In this document: positions 47,654-60,795 of the stretch, in pieces
Position numbering within the stretch: position 1 is the first letter of the stretch
Layout: the number at the start of each line of letters is the position of its first letter
From: Neodothiora populina
Lineage: Eukaryota
NCBI RefSeq assembly: GCF_041146345.1
Contig: NW_027191406.1
Span: forward strand, 434,001 to 498,000
Direction: 5' to 3'
DNA: 64,000 nucleotides
Notes under the pieces: model-generated
Told to the model about the DNA's origin: nothing
What the model saw: only the letters and a program-made list of their open reading frames with translations
Database searches by the model: none
Made by a program: the position numbers and the translations under genes

Positions 47654-50600
47654 CGAGATATGTACGGGCAGCTAGGGTGCTACTAAAGACTAACTACGCT
47701 CTCTGGCCACCAACCTTCTGTCGCGGTCAACAAGGGCACAACGACTGAGAGAACAGATCAATCGAGACGAGTTCCAATTGTGGATAAGAGGAGGGATAAG
47801 GTTTGTTGCACACTGTGACACTGAATCGAAGGCAGACACCAGGTGTGTCTGTCCTCACTCAGCCGGGCCATAGCGCAAGATATCATGCTCGCTGGCGCTC
47901 ATCCTCGTGAGAAATAGCGTCTCGCCAGGGCACATCACCACTCACAGTGCCACTCTCCCATAATGCCCCGAGGCATTATCCGAGTCAGTTCAGTCCAGAT
48001 TGGATGTCCCACTACGAATATTGAGGGAGCTCGTGCGTTCTGAGCAGAGGCCAAGGGGTTCGACCACCGGGCTCCACATCTCCCTGCGGCTTTTCATCAA
48101 CCTTCGCGGGTAGCTAAGTAAGTTGGTTCTGCGACGAATTATATCTGCGCCTAGCGCGCAGCGTGCATGAACCGAGGCCATGCCGCTACCGTAGAAGACC
48201 ACTCTGCCCTGGCCCACCGGGCATGGACATTGAGTTCCCCCATCCACATGCGTCACCGCGTACCAGATTACAAGTTCCTGGTATGGTCTTGAGCTGGGCT
48301 AAGGCATTTACTGCTCTTGTGGAAGATCTTCGAAGTAATTGCGCTCGAGCATTCGTGATACAAGGCAGTTACGGTGCGGGTATGATGCGGCACTTGGTGT
48401 GGCACAATAATTGCGTACAGTACAAGCAGAGGCGATGTCTCAATCCGCGACTAATCGACGGCTCTTCACACCTAATGCGATCTTCCGGCCTCCAACTACT
48501 CTTCCACCCGTCCACTGTAAGTGCAACATGGGAATGTACTGTAGATCCTCCGACCATAGGACCTTCCGTTTTTCGCCTTTCGCTTATGAACACACCTTGA
48601 CTGATCACGCCGAATAATATACTACGATGTTGCAATCGACGCGCTTCTTGCGCGTGAATTTACACTTATCTCCATCGCTGTGAAACAAACCATCGCCGAA
48701 GGAATAACGTCCCAGAGTATAAATGTGTGGGTAACCATACGATCCAACCCTGCGCACAATGTACAGCTACAAGTACCGTAACTCTCTGTGCTGAAACAAG
48801 CGCGGACCACACCGCCGTTGCGATTAAGGTGACTTTCAATGTGTGCAACACTGGTAAGGGCAGACTCACATAGGGCTTGGCTGGATCTTTTGCTGTTGCT
48901 GCACTGAGACTCGAATTTCTAAATCCGCGTGGCTGATCAGCTGTTCGTCGCGAACCAAGCAAGCAAATCCCGTTCCCCTAACCTCGGGGCCCGCCTGGCT
49001 GGCCCTATGCAAATTACACCCACGCATCCGCCTAGGTTCACTGACCTGATCCGTGATCGAACTCCCGTGACACGTTTACCCTCGGGCCTATCCTGATTAT
49101 GGGATGCGAAGCAAGAAGAAACACAGGAACGCTACTTGCTGGCTGCATGATGTGGCTGCACCAACCGTAAACTAATATACTTGTACACTGCCAAGTTAAC
49201 GCGGAGGAGACTTCTCGCAATGACCCCTCATACAAGACATTTGATGACCGATTTCTGAAGTCATTGAGGTGTCATTTCGTACATCCTGCGCGAGCCCTCG
49301 CTGTCACATACACTCAATCTTTGCTAGTTGCTGGATGGGACCGCTGTCATGGACCCCTTGTCGTGCGCACCCTCATCGTTCGTGCAGCTTCTCCTTCTAG
49401 TCGCCGTCAAACCCATGCAAGTCCGGATGCTTGGTCCGCCACAGATTCAGAAAGTGCCCGCTGGGTCCTCTCTCGCTTCGAGTAGTATGCCACCTCGCTT
49501 TCAGGAAGCTTTGCGAATGGCTTGCTATCCGCACCTGTGCGAGACTTTCAATCATGCAAATTTACACGAAGCTCATCCAATCAGGGTTTCGTTGAAAGCG
49601 TTCGTGGTTCGCAATGTCAAGTTCCCATGCTCCAAACGAGCATAAATCAGATACGACACACGTTTGAATGGTTATTAGAATGCATTCGCACACCTTCTCG
49701 GATTTTCATTTGACCTTCCCAGGTCTCGGTTCTGTGAAGAGACGATGCTTCGGGTCACGGCGCGCACGGGATGCAAGTTTTACCGTGGACCTGTTAGTAT
49801 CGTACTGGTGCCATCGACAACGCCCTGACCTCCAATGTGAAGATCTGGCTCTCATCCCCCCATGGCGCCAGTACAGCTATCACATGGTAGAGCGGGACGA
49901 ATGACTATAGCACCCTGAATATCGGGAGCAGCGGTCTAATTCGTGTCAGTGGGTATATTCATCATTATGCTGTGACTTGCGTCAAACAATGCTCGACAGC
50001 GAAGACTGTGGACATTATCATGCTTTTGATCGTCCGCTTATCTGGGCGGCCGGGACATCGCTAAGATGAGATGAGATTAAGGGAACGCGTTTTACCACTT
50101 GAAATGTACAAAAGCCACCAAGAGCCGGCATATAAACCGCCGATCATGAAACGAGAGTCAGTTTGCATCATTACCGTCGAAGCTTCCATTGAGTTTCCAT
50201 GCAAGCCCGAATGCATGGCCGTTGTGCAAAGCGAAGCTAACGAAAAGTATTTCTGAGCACTGTGTCCCACAAAGACTGTGCCTCACTAGAACTTCCTCGA
50301 GCTTTTGCCAATCTTTTCTCCTCTCGCGACGTGAATGTGAATACGGTAGTCAAATTCCCCCATCCGAAGCACTCCTGGACCAACTGCTCACAAGTACCTT
50401 TATCAAGTATATTTATACACCCTGCGAGAAAGATCTCACATATTGCCCCTAATTCTCTCCGCCGCTCTGCGCTCTTGTTCAGTCTTCCGTAATTTGGTAG
50501 TGCTTCTTTTCTTCCGCTTCCCGGCAACCTTCATCCTGGCAGTCTATACTGTCGCTCAGGACAAGCTCCAACTCTATGGGGTGCAATCCCTGATTATGCA

Positions 50601-51577
50601 TCGAGAATGTTCTCCGGGCTGTTCACAGCTTGTTACCAAAAGGCCGGATGACCGCAACCGCTGCTCCTGCAGCAACGCGAGGCATGGCGACGTATAGTGT
50701 GGTAGATCGTTGTTTTGCGCAGGTTCATCAGAGGAGGGAGAGGAAGTATGGTGGTATCTAAGACCACAAAGCATACCTATAAGCCCTAACTCATGTGTCA
50801 ATCCGACCGTTGATCGTCACCTCGCAGTGGCAGTGCTAAGGCTCATTGTACTTGCGTCCTACTACCACTACTGTATCTAGTCATGCAATGCTGATTGTCA
50901 TTTCTCAAGTATATTAGCATTGTTATAGGATAGCACAGCAGGCGAGGGAGCGAAGTCTCCACAGAGATCTAGCATCGATGAGGTTGCCGTGTTTGTGCAC
51001 GTCTAAAGACAGCAAAGAACACATTTCGCGATGTGGTTGGAGTCGTCCTCAATGCAGGTTTGTAAATTTAGCATTGCTCCACTTCGAGCCTGAACCCAAA
51101 ATGTTGGGTTTCACGACCATGTGGGCGGTATAATGCTGTAATAGACGGCATTTGGGCCAATCTTCGGTGTGCGGCGGGGATACAGCATGTACTGTCTTGG
51201 CACAATCCAAGACGAAATCGGTTCCACACTCCGAGGAGTAAATCGTATGACGAGTAACGGGACAAAGTTATTGTTGCGCCTATTTGGCATACAGGATTAA
51301 GTGAAGTGTGCTGTTCCAGTCGATTGCAGCCAGCGAGTCGAGTCAGAATTGCTGGGTGGAGGGCCGTTCTAGCAACGGGTCAAAATAGTCGGCCAAGAAC
51401 ATTCGCCGCTTCGCAGCACCATCTCGGAGTTACTGGTGACGGCCTAATCAGGACATCCATCGCGATACTCCTACATCGTGTTCGTGTAATGATACAGACC
51501 GATCATGCATTATTCGAGTTTGACTTTGGTCTAAATCTTTGCATGCCGTATAGATAGTCGTGTCAGGGATGAACTCG

Positions 51578-54500
51578 ATGGAGAAGAGGAATGAGACCTT
51601 CCGAATAGTTAGTAGCATTCCAATTCCCCCTGGTCATCATTAGACATCATTTTCACTCACACTTTCTAACGTCTGTTTCACAGCTCAAGCCAGTCTGTGT
51701 CGCGTTAAGTCAGGCGCTGCTGACTTTCAGCGCAAATGGCAAGACTGGCGAGGAAGTGACAGCCTGTCTAGGCAGATTGAAGGTTGAAATCGATGCCCGC
51801 GGCGGAGAACAAGATGCGCTCGATGCAAAACTGGCCGATTATGTCTTCTTCCCGCTGTCACAGGTCTTGAAAGCGAGTCGCGATCTCCCTGTTAGGGCGA
51901 TGGAGCTCTGCTTGCAGTGCTTGACTGTCCTAATATCCAAAGGTTGGAAGGACACCATTGACCCAAGTCTAAGTGCTCAGCTTCTGATATTCCTGAGCCT
52001 TACTCTCGACACATCAGGGAAGACCATCGCCGTCACTCAAATGACAGATGAGCTTCGTCTGTCAGGGTTCAGGTGCTTGAAAGCGCTCTTCAGGTTGACA
52101 TCTAAAAGTAATACGGTTAAGTCCTCTCTCGTTGCAACATCAAACGTGCCATCCTTAGGACATGCTATATCTGTGGTTCTAGATGGCATCGCTGAAAGTG
52201 AAGCGACTGAGGTTCAGCTATCTGCTGCTGAGTCCCTCCTAGCCCTCTTGCAATGTATTCAGGATGTGGAAGTTCTATCGAGTTTCTTTCCTGGCATGGT
52301 GTCAAATCTGGCAAAAGTACTGACACCGAGCACCAAGACTCGACGAGGGTGGAAGGTCATTGCAATTAATCTCAGACTTCTCAAAGTACTCCTTTTGGCA
52401 CTGCTGAGCAACAAGATCGTTGCGACTTTTGTTAAAGCAGATGATGCCTCAAAAGAAGCAAAATCCACAGATGTCCTTAACACAAAGTGGACCGAGGCAA
52501 CGGCATCCCAGGTAAAGATAGCTCTAGCTCATGTCGAGAAACTAAATGCGCATAGTAGGTCTGAAGTACAGGAAGCGCTTGCGGACCTGAACATCAGCAT
52601 CCTGTCGGACTGCGATGTCGCTCTCCAGAATTGTTCTCAGATGGCTATAGAAACACTGCTCACGTTGATGAACCCGGAAGTCTTCTCTGCACAAGTAATT
52701 CAAGCACAGCTCGAGACTCTAGCTCGTTCAAAACCTGCGATTTCTGATGCGTTGGCTTCAATATTCCACAACGGATTGCTATCCTTACCAAGAATCATGC
52801 ACTCCAATGACGACCAGGCGAAGATTAAAGCATTGCAGCACATATTCAGTACATACAACCTACTCTTAAGCAGTAACGCTGACAGACGACTACTTTCACA
52901 AAGACTTGCCATTGGCCTCAAAGACAGCGTAACAGCTATCTTACAATCAGCTGGGCACACATCAATCACATCACCGCACGACGGTCCCTCCTTGCTGTTG
53001 TCTGAACTATCGCATATTGACGGTGACCAAGCCTCAATGTCATTCTCGAATCCTCTAGCGGCGTACAAGAGCCAGGGTACCCTGCTTGACAGCATAAAAG
53101 CACAACTGGATGTTGCCAGCGAGACAAAACTCAATAGCATGATGGCCTCTGAACTTATTCCAAACATCAGGATCTCCGAGGGTGACAGCCAAGTTTCGAC
53201 GTTCTGGCTTGTGCTTCACAACATGAAGGCAGCAGACAGCACAACGCATTTGATGGACGAATTCTTATCATTCGATGATAGTACCTCTACCCAGGATGAC
53301 ATGATCATGGAGCAGCTATACTCTTTTGCCTTGGAGATTGTCACTGATACTGAGGCTGAATGGAGACTACAAATACTAGCCCTTGAAACTATTGCGATGC
53401 AAGCAAAGAAACAAGGAAGAGACTTCAGAAATGAACTCCTCGATACCTTGTATCCTATTCTACATCATCTAGGATCCAATACCCCTCAGGTCCGTTGGCA
53501 CGCAGTTACTTGCCTGAACATTGTATCAGACGCATGCGTTTACCCTGATGTAAAAGAACTCATCGTGTCGAACGTGGACTATCTCACCAATGCCGTGGCT
53601 CTCAAGCTTAACGCTTTCGATGTCTCGCCCCAAGGTCCTCAAGTCCTACTAATGATGGTCAGACTAGCAGGCTCCTCTTTGTTGCCATATCTCGAAGACA
53701 GTCTCGAAAGTATCTTCGCAGCTCTTGAGGACTACCACGGGTATCCTGCGCTCGTTGCACTTTTGTTCGCGGTGCTCAAGACAATCGCTGAAGAAGGCGT
53801 CAAATCACCACAGCTACAAATCGCACAGGGTCAAGGCGAAGCAGAAAGTGTCGTTGCTGACTGGACGCCTATCACGATAGATAATCTTGTTAAGATGGTT
53901 CAGAAATCAGCATCCGTAGAGCGCCCAAATAGCCCTGATGATCTGCCAGAGCAAGTCCCGCAGAAGCCTTGGAAGGAGTTGGATTCGCAATTCAAGCAGA
54001 CTGAGGAAGACATGAAGCGCGAACGAGATCGGGAAGAGGAAGGTGATGAAGACGCTGGCCCTACCGACCAGCCATCGCCACCACCAGCCCCGAAGATCTT
54101 TGCACTACTACTCAAGATAACGGCTCTGACTCAGCATTATCTCTCATCTTCGTCCCCTTCTCTCCGCATATCTTTGCTTGCCTTGATCCGGACGACCATT
54201 CCAGCTCTCGCCAAGCACGAGAATTCATATCTGCCTTTGGTCAACACTCTATGGCCAGAAATCACATCCCGCCTACTCGATGATGAACCCCATGTTGCCA
54301 CGGCATGTATGCAGATCATCAGCACCATGTGCGAGTATGCAGGTACGTTTATGAAAAGCAGGATCGTAGCTCTTTGGCCTGAGTTGGCAAAGTTATTCCG
54401 GCGCGCCTCCAGAGAAGTCCGGATGCAGCAAGTTTCGAAAGGGCATCACTCTACTCATGCAGCGTTGAGCCTTCGGTATACGGACGCCGGGTATGTGGAT

Positions 54501-54764
54501 GTTTCGAGCAGAGCTGTGTGGGGCAGCTCGCTCGAGCTTTTGAAAACGATAATTAAGCACGTCGGCGTTGATGCAGATACGTTCGAAGAGATCTTGAGTA
54601 TGCTACAGCCACTTCAAGAATTGAACGAGGATATCATGGCCATCTTCAACGAGTACAATGCCGACGCTGTGTGGTTGGCACAATATCGGAGCGGCTCGTG
54701 CAATGCGGCAAAGGGACCGGCAGCGAGCTCAGATCAGTGGCATTTTGCAGAATCAGTCTGTTGA
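51578..54764 (+). CDS. TTI1: TEL2-interacting protein 1 (TTT complex HEAT-repeat subunit), 2 exons
   Basis: MEKRNETFRI|LKPVCV via intron 51608-51683; LADYVFFPL, FFPGMVS.L.KVL, LIVSNVDYL, LLPYLED, LPLVNTLWP. Confidence 0.87.
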
Positions 54765-55333
54765 TGTAGAAACGCCAGTGATGATTCTTCCCTTCCAAAG
54801 ACATGAATTCGGTGAAGTCATATAATCGGCGGTCTCACGTATCGACTCAGGGTCGCGAGTGAGATATACCAGATTGGATGATAAAGTACGAATATGAAGC
54901 AACCCAAGTTCAACCACCACAACAACAGTGCGTACAACAACTAATGCTATCTTACAACCAAGACAAACCGACGTGCCGCAGTATGTCAGAAGCTTTCTTC
55001 GATATAATCTGAAATAGCTCGAAATATGAGTAATGTTGCAGAGAGACCAAATAGGACAGGGTTACCCTATTGTTCACCTCAGGCCGCTTAGGAAATGGTG
55101 ATCTGGGAATGGAAGGGCTCGGAACAAAATATTGACGATAGCATCAGATGAGAATAAATGTCAAGAGATCGTTAGCAGTCGCATCCACATCGCAGGTAAA
55201 AACACGTCGGGCTTTTCTAGCATGTCTACACAACTCGGCAAGAGACCGCTCGGCTCGCGAGCTCAAGCTGTCAGTCACATTGTAGTCGCATCGATGTTCT
55301 CACACACTCCTAGTAGTTGGCAATTCGTGTCCC

Positions 55334-56622
55334 TCAAAAAGCAAAAGGATCTTTGATTTTGGCAGGGGCGGTGATCGACCAGATCTTGATCGGTACGTCG
55401 ACTGAGTGAAACAAAGAAATCTGCTGGTGCATGGGAACAAGAGGGTGGTCTATCTCGGTCACTGTAAACTTGTTGTATTCTGCGATCAGTCAGTACTCTA
55501 TCACCTGTATTTGAGTGGACCAGGAGCGAAGACTCACTACACGCATGCTCAAAAGCAGAGAAGGTGTCCTCGTTACGAATCGTGGCCGAGATGATGACTT
55601 GGACTTTCGGCCACGCCTCGAACAGATCTCGGATTGTGGAGACCAGCGCAGGGATGACCACTTTATCGTAGGTCTGCTTCAAAGTCAGAAAAAGATGGTG
55701 TATGTTCTACCCGGGTCGGTCAGTCACTTACCACGTCTGCTCCTAGGACTAGATCACATGGGTGCGGCGCGAACTCTTCGATCAGCCAACTGTCTTTCAG
55801 CGTATGTCCCCACCATAGCTGTGCACATTTGACCTCAGCACGTGGCTCGTTACATGCTGTGTTCTCCTTAAGAGCCTCGACTACACCCTCGTCTCCATCA
55901 GTAGCAATGACTTGCTTAGCTCCCAGGACTCCCGCACACATTAGTGCCAGCAATCCGGTTCCTGCACCTAGCTCAATTACACGTTTGCCTTCTACCAGGG
56001 CGCGGGCTTCGGGCGAAGTCTGCAGATACGATCCTAGATGGAGTGCGGCTTCCCAGGTGCGGAGGCCTGTAGTTCCAGCTCCAGAGATCACAGATCGATT
56101 CTCCAGTATCCTCAAAGGAGTCTCTGAAGTGGCATGGTCATGCTCTGAGGAGATGAGAGTATACGTCACCCAGCTTTTCTGCTGGACCGCCTTCATCTCA
56201 TCGGGCAGGGGTGCAAACATGAGTTCGGAAAGGGCAGTCATGAGATTGTCCGAGATTTCCTGTCGAGGAAGAAGATTGAATCAGAAAATAGGGGCATGTG
56301 TAAGAAACATATATTCTATAATACTAGATACATGCACAAAGGACGCCATGGCTGCGCTTACATCTTCTTCGGGATCTACAATGGCATCCTCAACCTTGGC
56401 GACTAGAGTCTTTAGGACTCGTAGCTGGTATCTCGCTGGGGGGAGGAATGCATATCCTGTGAAGCATTGCTCAAATAACCATTCTTGTACATTTGCATTA
56501 CGAAGGTGCTCAGCCGATGGCCACGTGATATGCTGCTGATCCAGGAGCTGGAGATATTGCCTTCGAAACAGTCTGATCCGATCTAGACCGTCTCGCGGGA
56601 TACTGTTCTCTATAGTTCCCAT
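55334..56622 (-). CDS. EFM3: Protein-lysine N-methyltransferase, Efm3/FAM86-like (eEF2 KMT), 4 exons
   Basis: FRRQYLQL, PPARYQLRVLK, GTTGLRTWEAAL, SAM motif VIELGAGTG, ATDGD, LGADV|TYD, ATIRN. An alternative upstream ATG lies at 56655. Confidence 0.85.
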
Positions 56623-56880
56623 GTCGACTTCCGCTGTGCCTCTTTTTGGTCGCATAGGTGCTCACGTATTGTAAGTAGAATAGGTACATGTGAGGACGAA
56701 AGAGATAGTCAAACAGTGCAAACATAACCTCGAAATCCCGTGACTTGGATAAAGCGGCAATCTTGGCGTTGCGGGAAGCCCACACACGTCCGTGCGTGAT
56801 GCGAATTTAGCAGCGGCTGCTCTTCCATCTACCTCTTCCTTCTCAGCTTGCGACGAAAATTCGACAACCAAACCGACAAG

Positions 56881-57577
56881 ATGTCTGAGAGCCAAGTCAC
56901 CCTGCGCACGCGCAAGTTCATCCGCAACCCCCTGCTTGCTCGCAAGCAGATGGTCGTGTGAGTCTATCTGCGTCCGATGGAAGAGACGGGGAAATGGAGT
57001 TGCCGAAGAAGCAAGAGCCGCAGAGTTTTGTCCTTCGACGACAACTCGATTGTCTACCAAGATCTATCCATCACGAAAGATATCGCGACTTGCTTGCTGA
57101 CACTTCTCTCATACAGTGACGTCCTTCACCCTAACCGCCCCAACGTCTCCAAGGATGAGCTCCGCGAGAAGCTCTCCGAGCTCTACAAGGCTTCCAAGGA
57201 CCAGGTCTCCGTCTTCGGTTTCCGCACCCAGTACGGTGGTGGCAAGTCCACTGGCTTCGCTCTCGTCTACGACTCCGCCGAGGCCATGAAGAAGTTCGAG
57301 CCCCACTACAGACTTGTCCGTGTCGGCATGGCCAGCAAGATCGAGAAGGCCTCCAGACAACAGCGTACGTCGACGCCCCTCCATACCCTTGTGTCGTTTG
57401 TGATAAAGTGGTGGATGAAATTCGCTGGGACGATTGTTTCATTACTTTCGTCAACAAAGGCCAGCACGATCAAGTATGCTGACTTGTTTCTCCTTAGGCA
57501 AGCAACGCAAGAACCGCGAGAAGAAGTTCCGTGGTACCGCCAAGTCCAAGGGTGGCAAGGCCAAGAAGGAGAAATAG
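56881..57577 (+). CDS. RPS24: 40S ribosomal protein eS24, 3 exons
   Basis: Exons 56881-56957, 57117-57364 and 57498-57577 give [26 protein letters not shown]...[20 protein letters not shown]...RKQRKNR; strong C-ending codon bias. Confidence 0.97.
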
Positions 57578-58368
57578 ACGACTCGCCTCTGACGATGTTC
57601 AAGGCCGGGGTTTCTCTTGCGTCTTCTCCATTGCATATGTCGGTTCTCTCTATCGCGAGGCTATGGCGACGATGCTTTGGTCGGCAAGGGCTATCTGTTG
57701 CTACCACTGCTTCGCAATCATCACTCTGGGGATGTACGCACTCGCGGATCCACAGACGTATTGCAGGCGTCGTATCACGCAGACTCACGGTCGGGATGAT
57801 TTCGTTGTTTCATTCCGGTTTAGCTGCATACAGACCATGACAAAAACCAAAAGCCTTGTCTTTTCCAGAATTTTACGACCAAGTCTCTATCAAAGTTCAA
57901 TATACCCTCTTCTGAATCTTTGATTTGCGACCTCTTCGTGACCAAGGAAGCTAGTTGCTGTAGATCGATTGCCCCCTTGCCTTGTCGTGATATCTCTTGA
58001 GACCAAGTATAGATTCAACGTTCAGCCGGATATTTGCTCGTGACTTGTGAATTAGAAATAATTGTGCGTCTACTTGCTCGTCGAACGCTGATTACCTTAC
58101 CTTACGTACGTTTCCCTACGGGGGATCTTATGCCTCACCCTCTTCAAGACGGACAGAAGACATCACAACCCACATGAAACCATACCGTATCCAGTCAAGC
58201 AAATTTACAATAGAAGCAATCTCATTGGGTATCTCATAATCGCTGCTAATAATCAAACACTGTCTCTTCTCTTCTATCTTCACACCCATAAGAACACGAC
58301 GTGAGCGAGCCAGTTCATTACAACCACCATGATCATGGTTTATCCAATTCACAAGGTGAACTGTGAGA

Positions 58369-60795
58369 TCAAGTTGTAGGTTGGAGAGGTGCAGGCGCGG
58401 CTGCTTGCACTTGTTGGGTTGAGGCACCAGTCGGTTGTGAGGAAGTAGTTGTCACCGGAAGCTGCTGCTGCTGCTGCTGCTGCTGTGGCTCTTCGACCTT
58501 CTCTACCGCAACAGTCGGTGGCGGGGACGGCAAGACTCCACGCCAGAACCCCTCAGGCACACCCTGAGCCACCCTGCCCATCCGTCCATCACCAACGATA
58601 CCCATCCAGACGCCCTCGTCGACGCTCCAGCTACATCCGCCGGCGACTGCTCTCTGCAGGCTCTTGAAGGCTGCGAGGTCCCTATAGCCCATGCCTGTCT
58701 TGGGATCTCTGAATTTCGCTTCTTTGGCCGTGATGCAACATGTCGCTTTCGCCGGGCGGTCCGGCAGAAAATTGTCGCCTTTCTTCTTGAGGGAGCGTGA
58801 GGTGAGGTATTTTTGCTCTGCTGCGCTGAGGGTCGGATGAGACTCTGGCAGCAAAATCTTGGAGATAGCGATGAGCGATGGTGCCGGTGGCTGCACTTTG
58901 GCGCGGGAAGACGCGGTTGGTGGTGGCGGTGGTGGGGCGGGAGGAAGGTTTTCCAGTTCCGCAAAAGCGATGAGAGTGAGTAGGGATTGGAGGGCCTTTT
59001 CTCGTAGCAGCGGCGCCGTGGAAACCGCGGGCGGTGCAGGCGTAGACGAAACAGCTCCTTCTACAGTACCCGTTGGCGTGAGCTCTGCCTTTGACGAAGG
59101 TTGGCCAGAAGCAATGGCTTCGTCAAAGTCAGATGGGCAACCCGCAAAAACGTATGGTGGTGCCGATGGAAAGGTGTTTGGTGGTTCGATATGCGCTACA
59201 TCGATCGCAGCTTTGGGTGTGACATGCAGAAGTGTCGTATCTTGAGCAGTGACAGGAGTTTCAGGCGCTGCCACAGATGCAGCATCGGCTAGATGAGCTT
59301 TGACCGAGACAAGTGGTCTTGGGCTATCAATTGACTGCGCAGTGGACGAGTTGTGGGATTGTGCTTCAGATACCACATGGGAGGGCTCCGTCAGATTGCC
59401 AGGAGCATTTGGTGGTGCTGCTATCGATTGATCACCCCTTGGTATTGTGTCAGTGGCAGCTTCACCGCCACCTCCTCCTGTGGCAGGAGCCTGCGAGGCC
59501 CAGTAGTGAATGCCGTCGAGGAACGATTCTGAATTCGGTGCTGTATCTGTGGGCGCAGCCAAACCTGGACCGTCAGGCACACGTGTAGACTCATCAGCCT
59601 TGATACTCGTGTCGGCCGTTGTCGCCTCTCCGGCTGTCTCGCGCGTGAGCGATGGATCTTGCTCGCCCAGCTCTGGTTTCTCAGGTAATGCTGGCGTCGT
59701 TTCGGACGGATTGACTACGGGCACGTCACTGGCCTTCTCCGTCTGCGGGGACGTAGGGTCTGCAGGGGCGCTCGCTAAGCTACTCGATGATTCATCCGCA
59801 TTCACAGCAGTAGGGGCCGGGGAAGGAATTGGTTGAGCATCAGGCTGCAATTCCGAGACTGGCACTGGTGCAGTGGTAGAGGTCTTGCCACTATCATCCT
59901 CAACAGGCTCGACCTTCGGCTTGTGGACTCGATTGATAACAATCTTCTCGCCCTCCCAAATGACAGAAGCACTCCAATAACTGAAGACTGGGCCCTGGAT
60001 TTGTCTGTTGCGCATAGCCTCCAGACGTCTCCTTTGCGCCGCACGCCGCTCTTCTTCCACCTGGACCCATTTGTTCAAACTCTTGCTGTTCTCCTTCTCT
60101 GTCTCCAGAGCCCGTGCAATGCGGTCTGCCTGGGATAGCACAGGTGCAGCGTTGGCAGCGCGCTTCTCTGCGGCTATGCGCAGCAGTTCGTGTGCCTTCT
60201 CTGACCGCTTCTGGCTTGCTTTCAGCTTGACCTCGGTCAGCTCCTTGTTGAGCATTGTGGCATTACGTCGAGATTGTCGAGTAGGCGCATCTTCCACCGT
60301 GGGCAGCCAGGAGGTGCGCTCAGACTTCTTCCGTGGTCTTGATGCTGCTGCTGCTTGCGTGTCCGCTGTGGCCGAGGTGGTGGACGCGTCGTCGGCCAGT
60401 CTGACCTTCTTCTTGCGCGGAGGCGGGATTTTCAGAGCATCTTGTGCTTTTCGCTTCTTCTTCCTGGCCTCGACACGCTCCTGCTTTTGCAGCTCTTTCT
60501 CGCCCTCGAGCTTCTCTGCCTCGCCTTCCTTGGGCGGACCCTCGTCGCCACTCTCGTCCGAGGACTCCAAGTCGATGTCGCCTCCATCATCCGATGCCTC
60601 GTAATCGACCTGATCTTCCTCTTCGTCTTTCAAAAGGTCGGCCTGTACATCTTCGTCTCCATAGGCTTGCAGTAGAAGTGACAATCGATTGCCTGCAGTC
60701 GATCTTTTGGCGCGACCAAGGACGAGACTCTGCTCGGGGTTCACATCACCATCCGAGTTCTGGCTCGAGACATCATCATTATCATTATCCGACAT
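58369..60795 (-). CDS. VPS72: SWR1 complex H2A.Z chaperone Vps72/Swc2 (YL1 family)
   Basis: YL1 N-terminus (RAKRSTAGNRL, RQSRR..T, LSQADRIARALETEKENSKSL) and YL1_C motif CCITAKEAKFRDPKTG..Y; polyQ near the C-terminus. Confidence 0.88.
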   Translation of the reverse strand: MSDNDNDDVSSQNSDGDVNPEQSLVLGRAKRSTAGNRLSLLLQAYGDEDVQADLLKDEEEDQVDYEASDDGGDIDLESSDESGDEGPPKEGEAEKLEGEKELQKQERVEARKKKRKAQDALKIPPPRKKKVRLADDASTTSATADTQAAAASRPRKKSERTSWLPTVEDAPTRQSRRNATMLNKELTEVKLKASQKRSEKAHELLRIAAEKRAANAAPVLSQADRIARALETEKENSKSLNKWVQVEEERRAAQRRRLEAMRNRQIQGPVFSYWSASVIWEGEKIVINRVHKPKVEPVEDDSGKTSTTAPVPVSELQPDAQPIPSPAPTAVNADESSSSLASAPADPTSPQTEKASDVPVVNPSETTPALPEKPELGEQDPSLTRETAGEATTADTSIKADESTRVPDGPGLAAPTDTAPNSESFLDGIHYWASQAPATGGGGGEAATDTIPRGDQSIAAPPNAPGNLTEPSHVVSEAQSHNSSTAQSIDSPRPLVSVKAHLADAASVAAPETPVTAQDTTLLHVTPKAAIDVAHIEPPNTFPSAPPYVFAGCPSDFDEAIASGQPSSKAELTPTGTVEGAVSSTPAPPAVSTAPLLREKALQSLLTLIAFAELENLPPAPPPPPPTASSRAKVQPPAPSLIAISKILLPESHPTLSAAEQKYLTSRSLKKKGDNFLPDRPAKATCCITAKEAKFRDPKTGMGYRDLAAFKSLQRAVAGGCSWSVDEGVWMGIVGDGRMGRVAQGVPEGFWRGVLPSPPPTVAVEKVEEPQQQQQQQQLPVTTTSSQPTGASTQQVQAAAPAPLQPTT

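Noticed and set aside
21105..48070. GGTTCGA T-loop/B-box-like hits (e.g. ~21111 minus, 25666, 27603, 48057)
   Set aside because: None has a paired T-stem or cloverleaf context, so these are not tRNAs.
48975..48985. CCCTAACC telomere-template-like octamer
   Set aside because: Only 8 nt, expected by chance, with no supporting pseudoknot recognised.
47654..51577. Hidden gene or transposon relic in the 3.9-kb gap
   Set aside because: Only short ORFs (<150 aa) with no motifs, no TIR/LTR and no RIP-like AT-rich decay.
56958..57497. Intronic snoRNAs in the longer RPS24 introns
   Set aside because: No clean box C (RTGATGA)/box D pair or H/ACA architecture seen.
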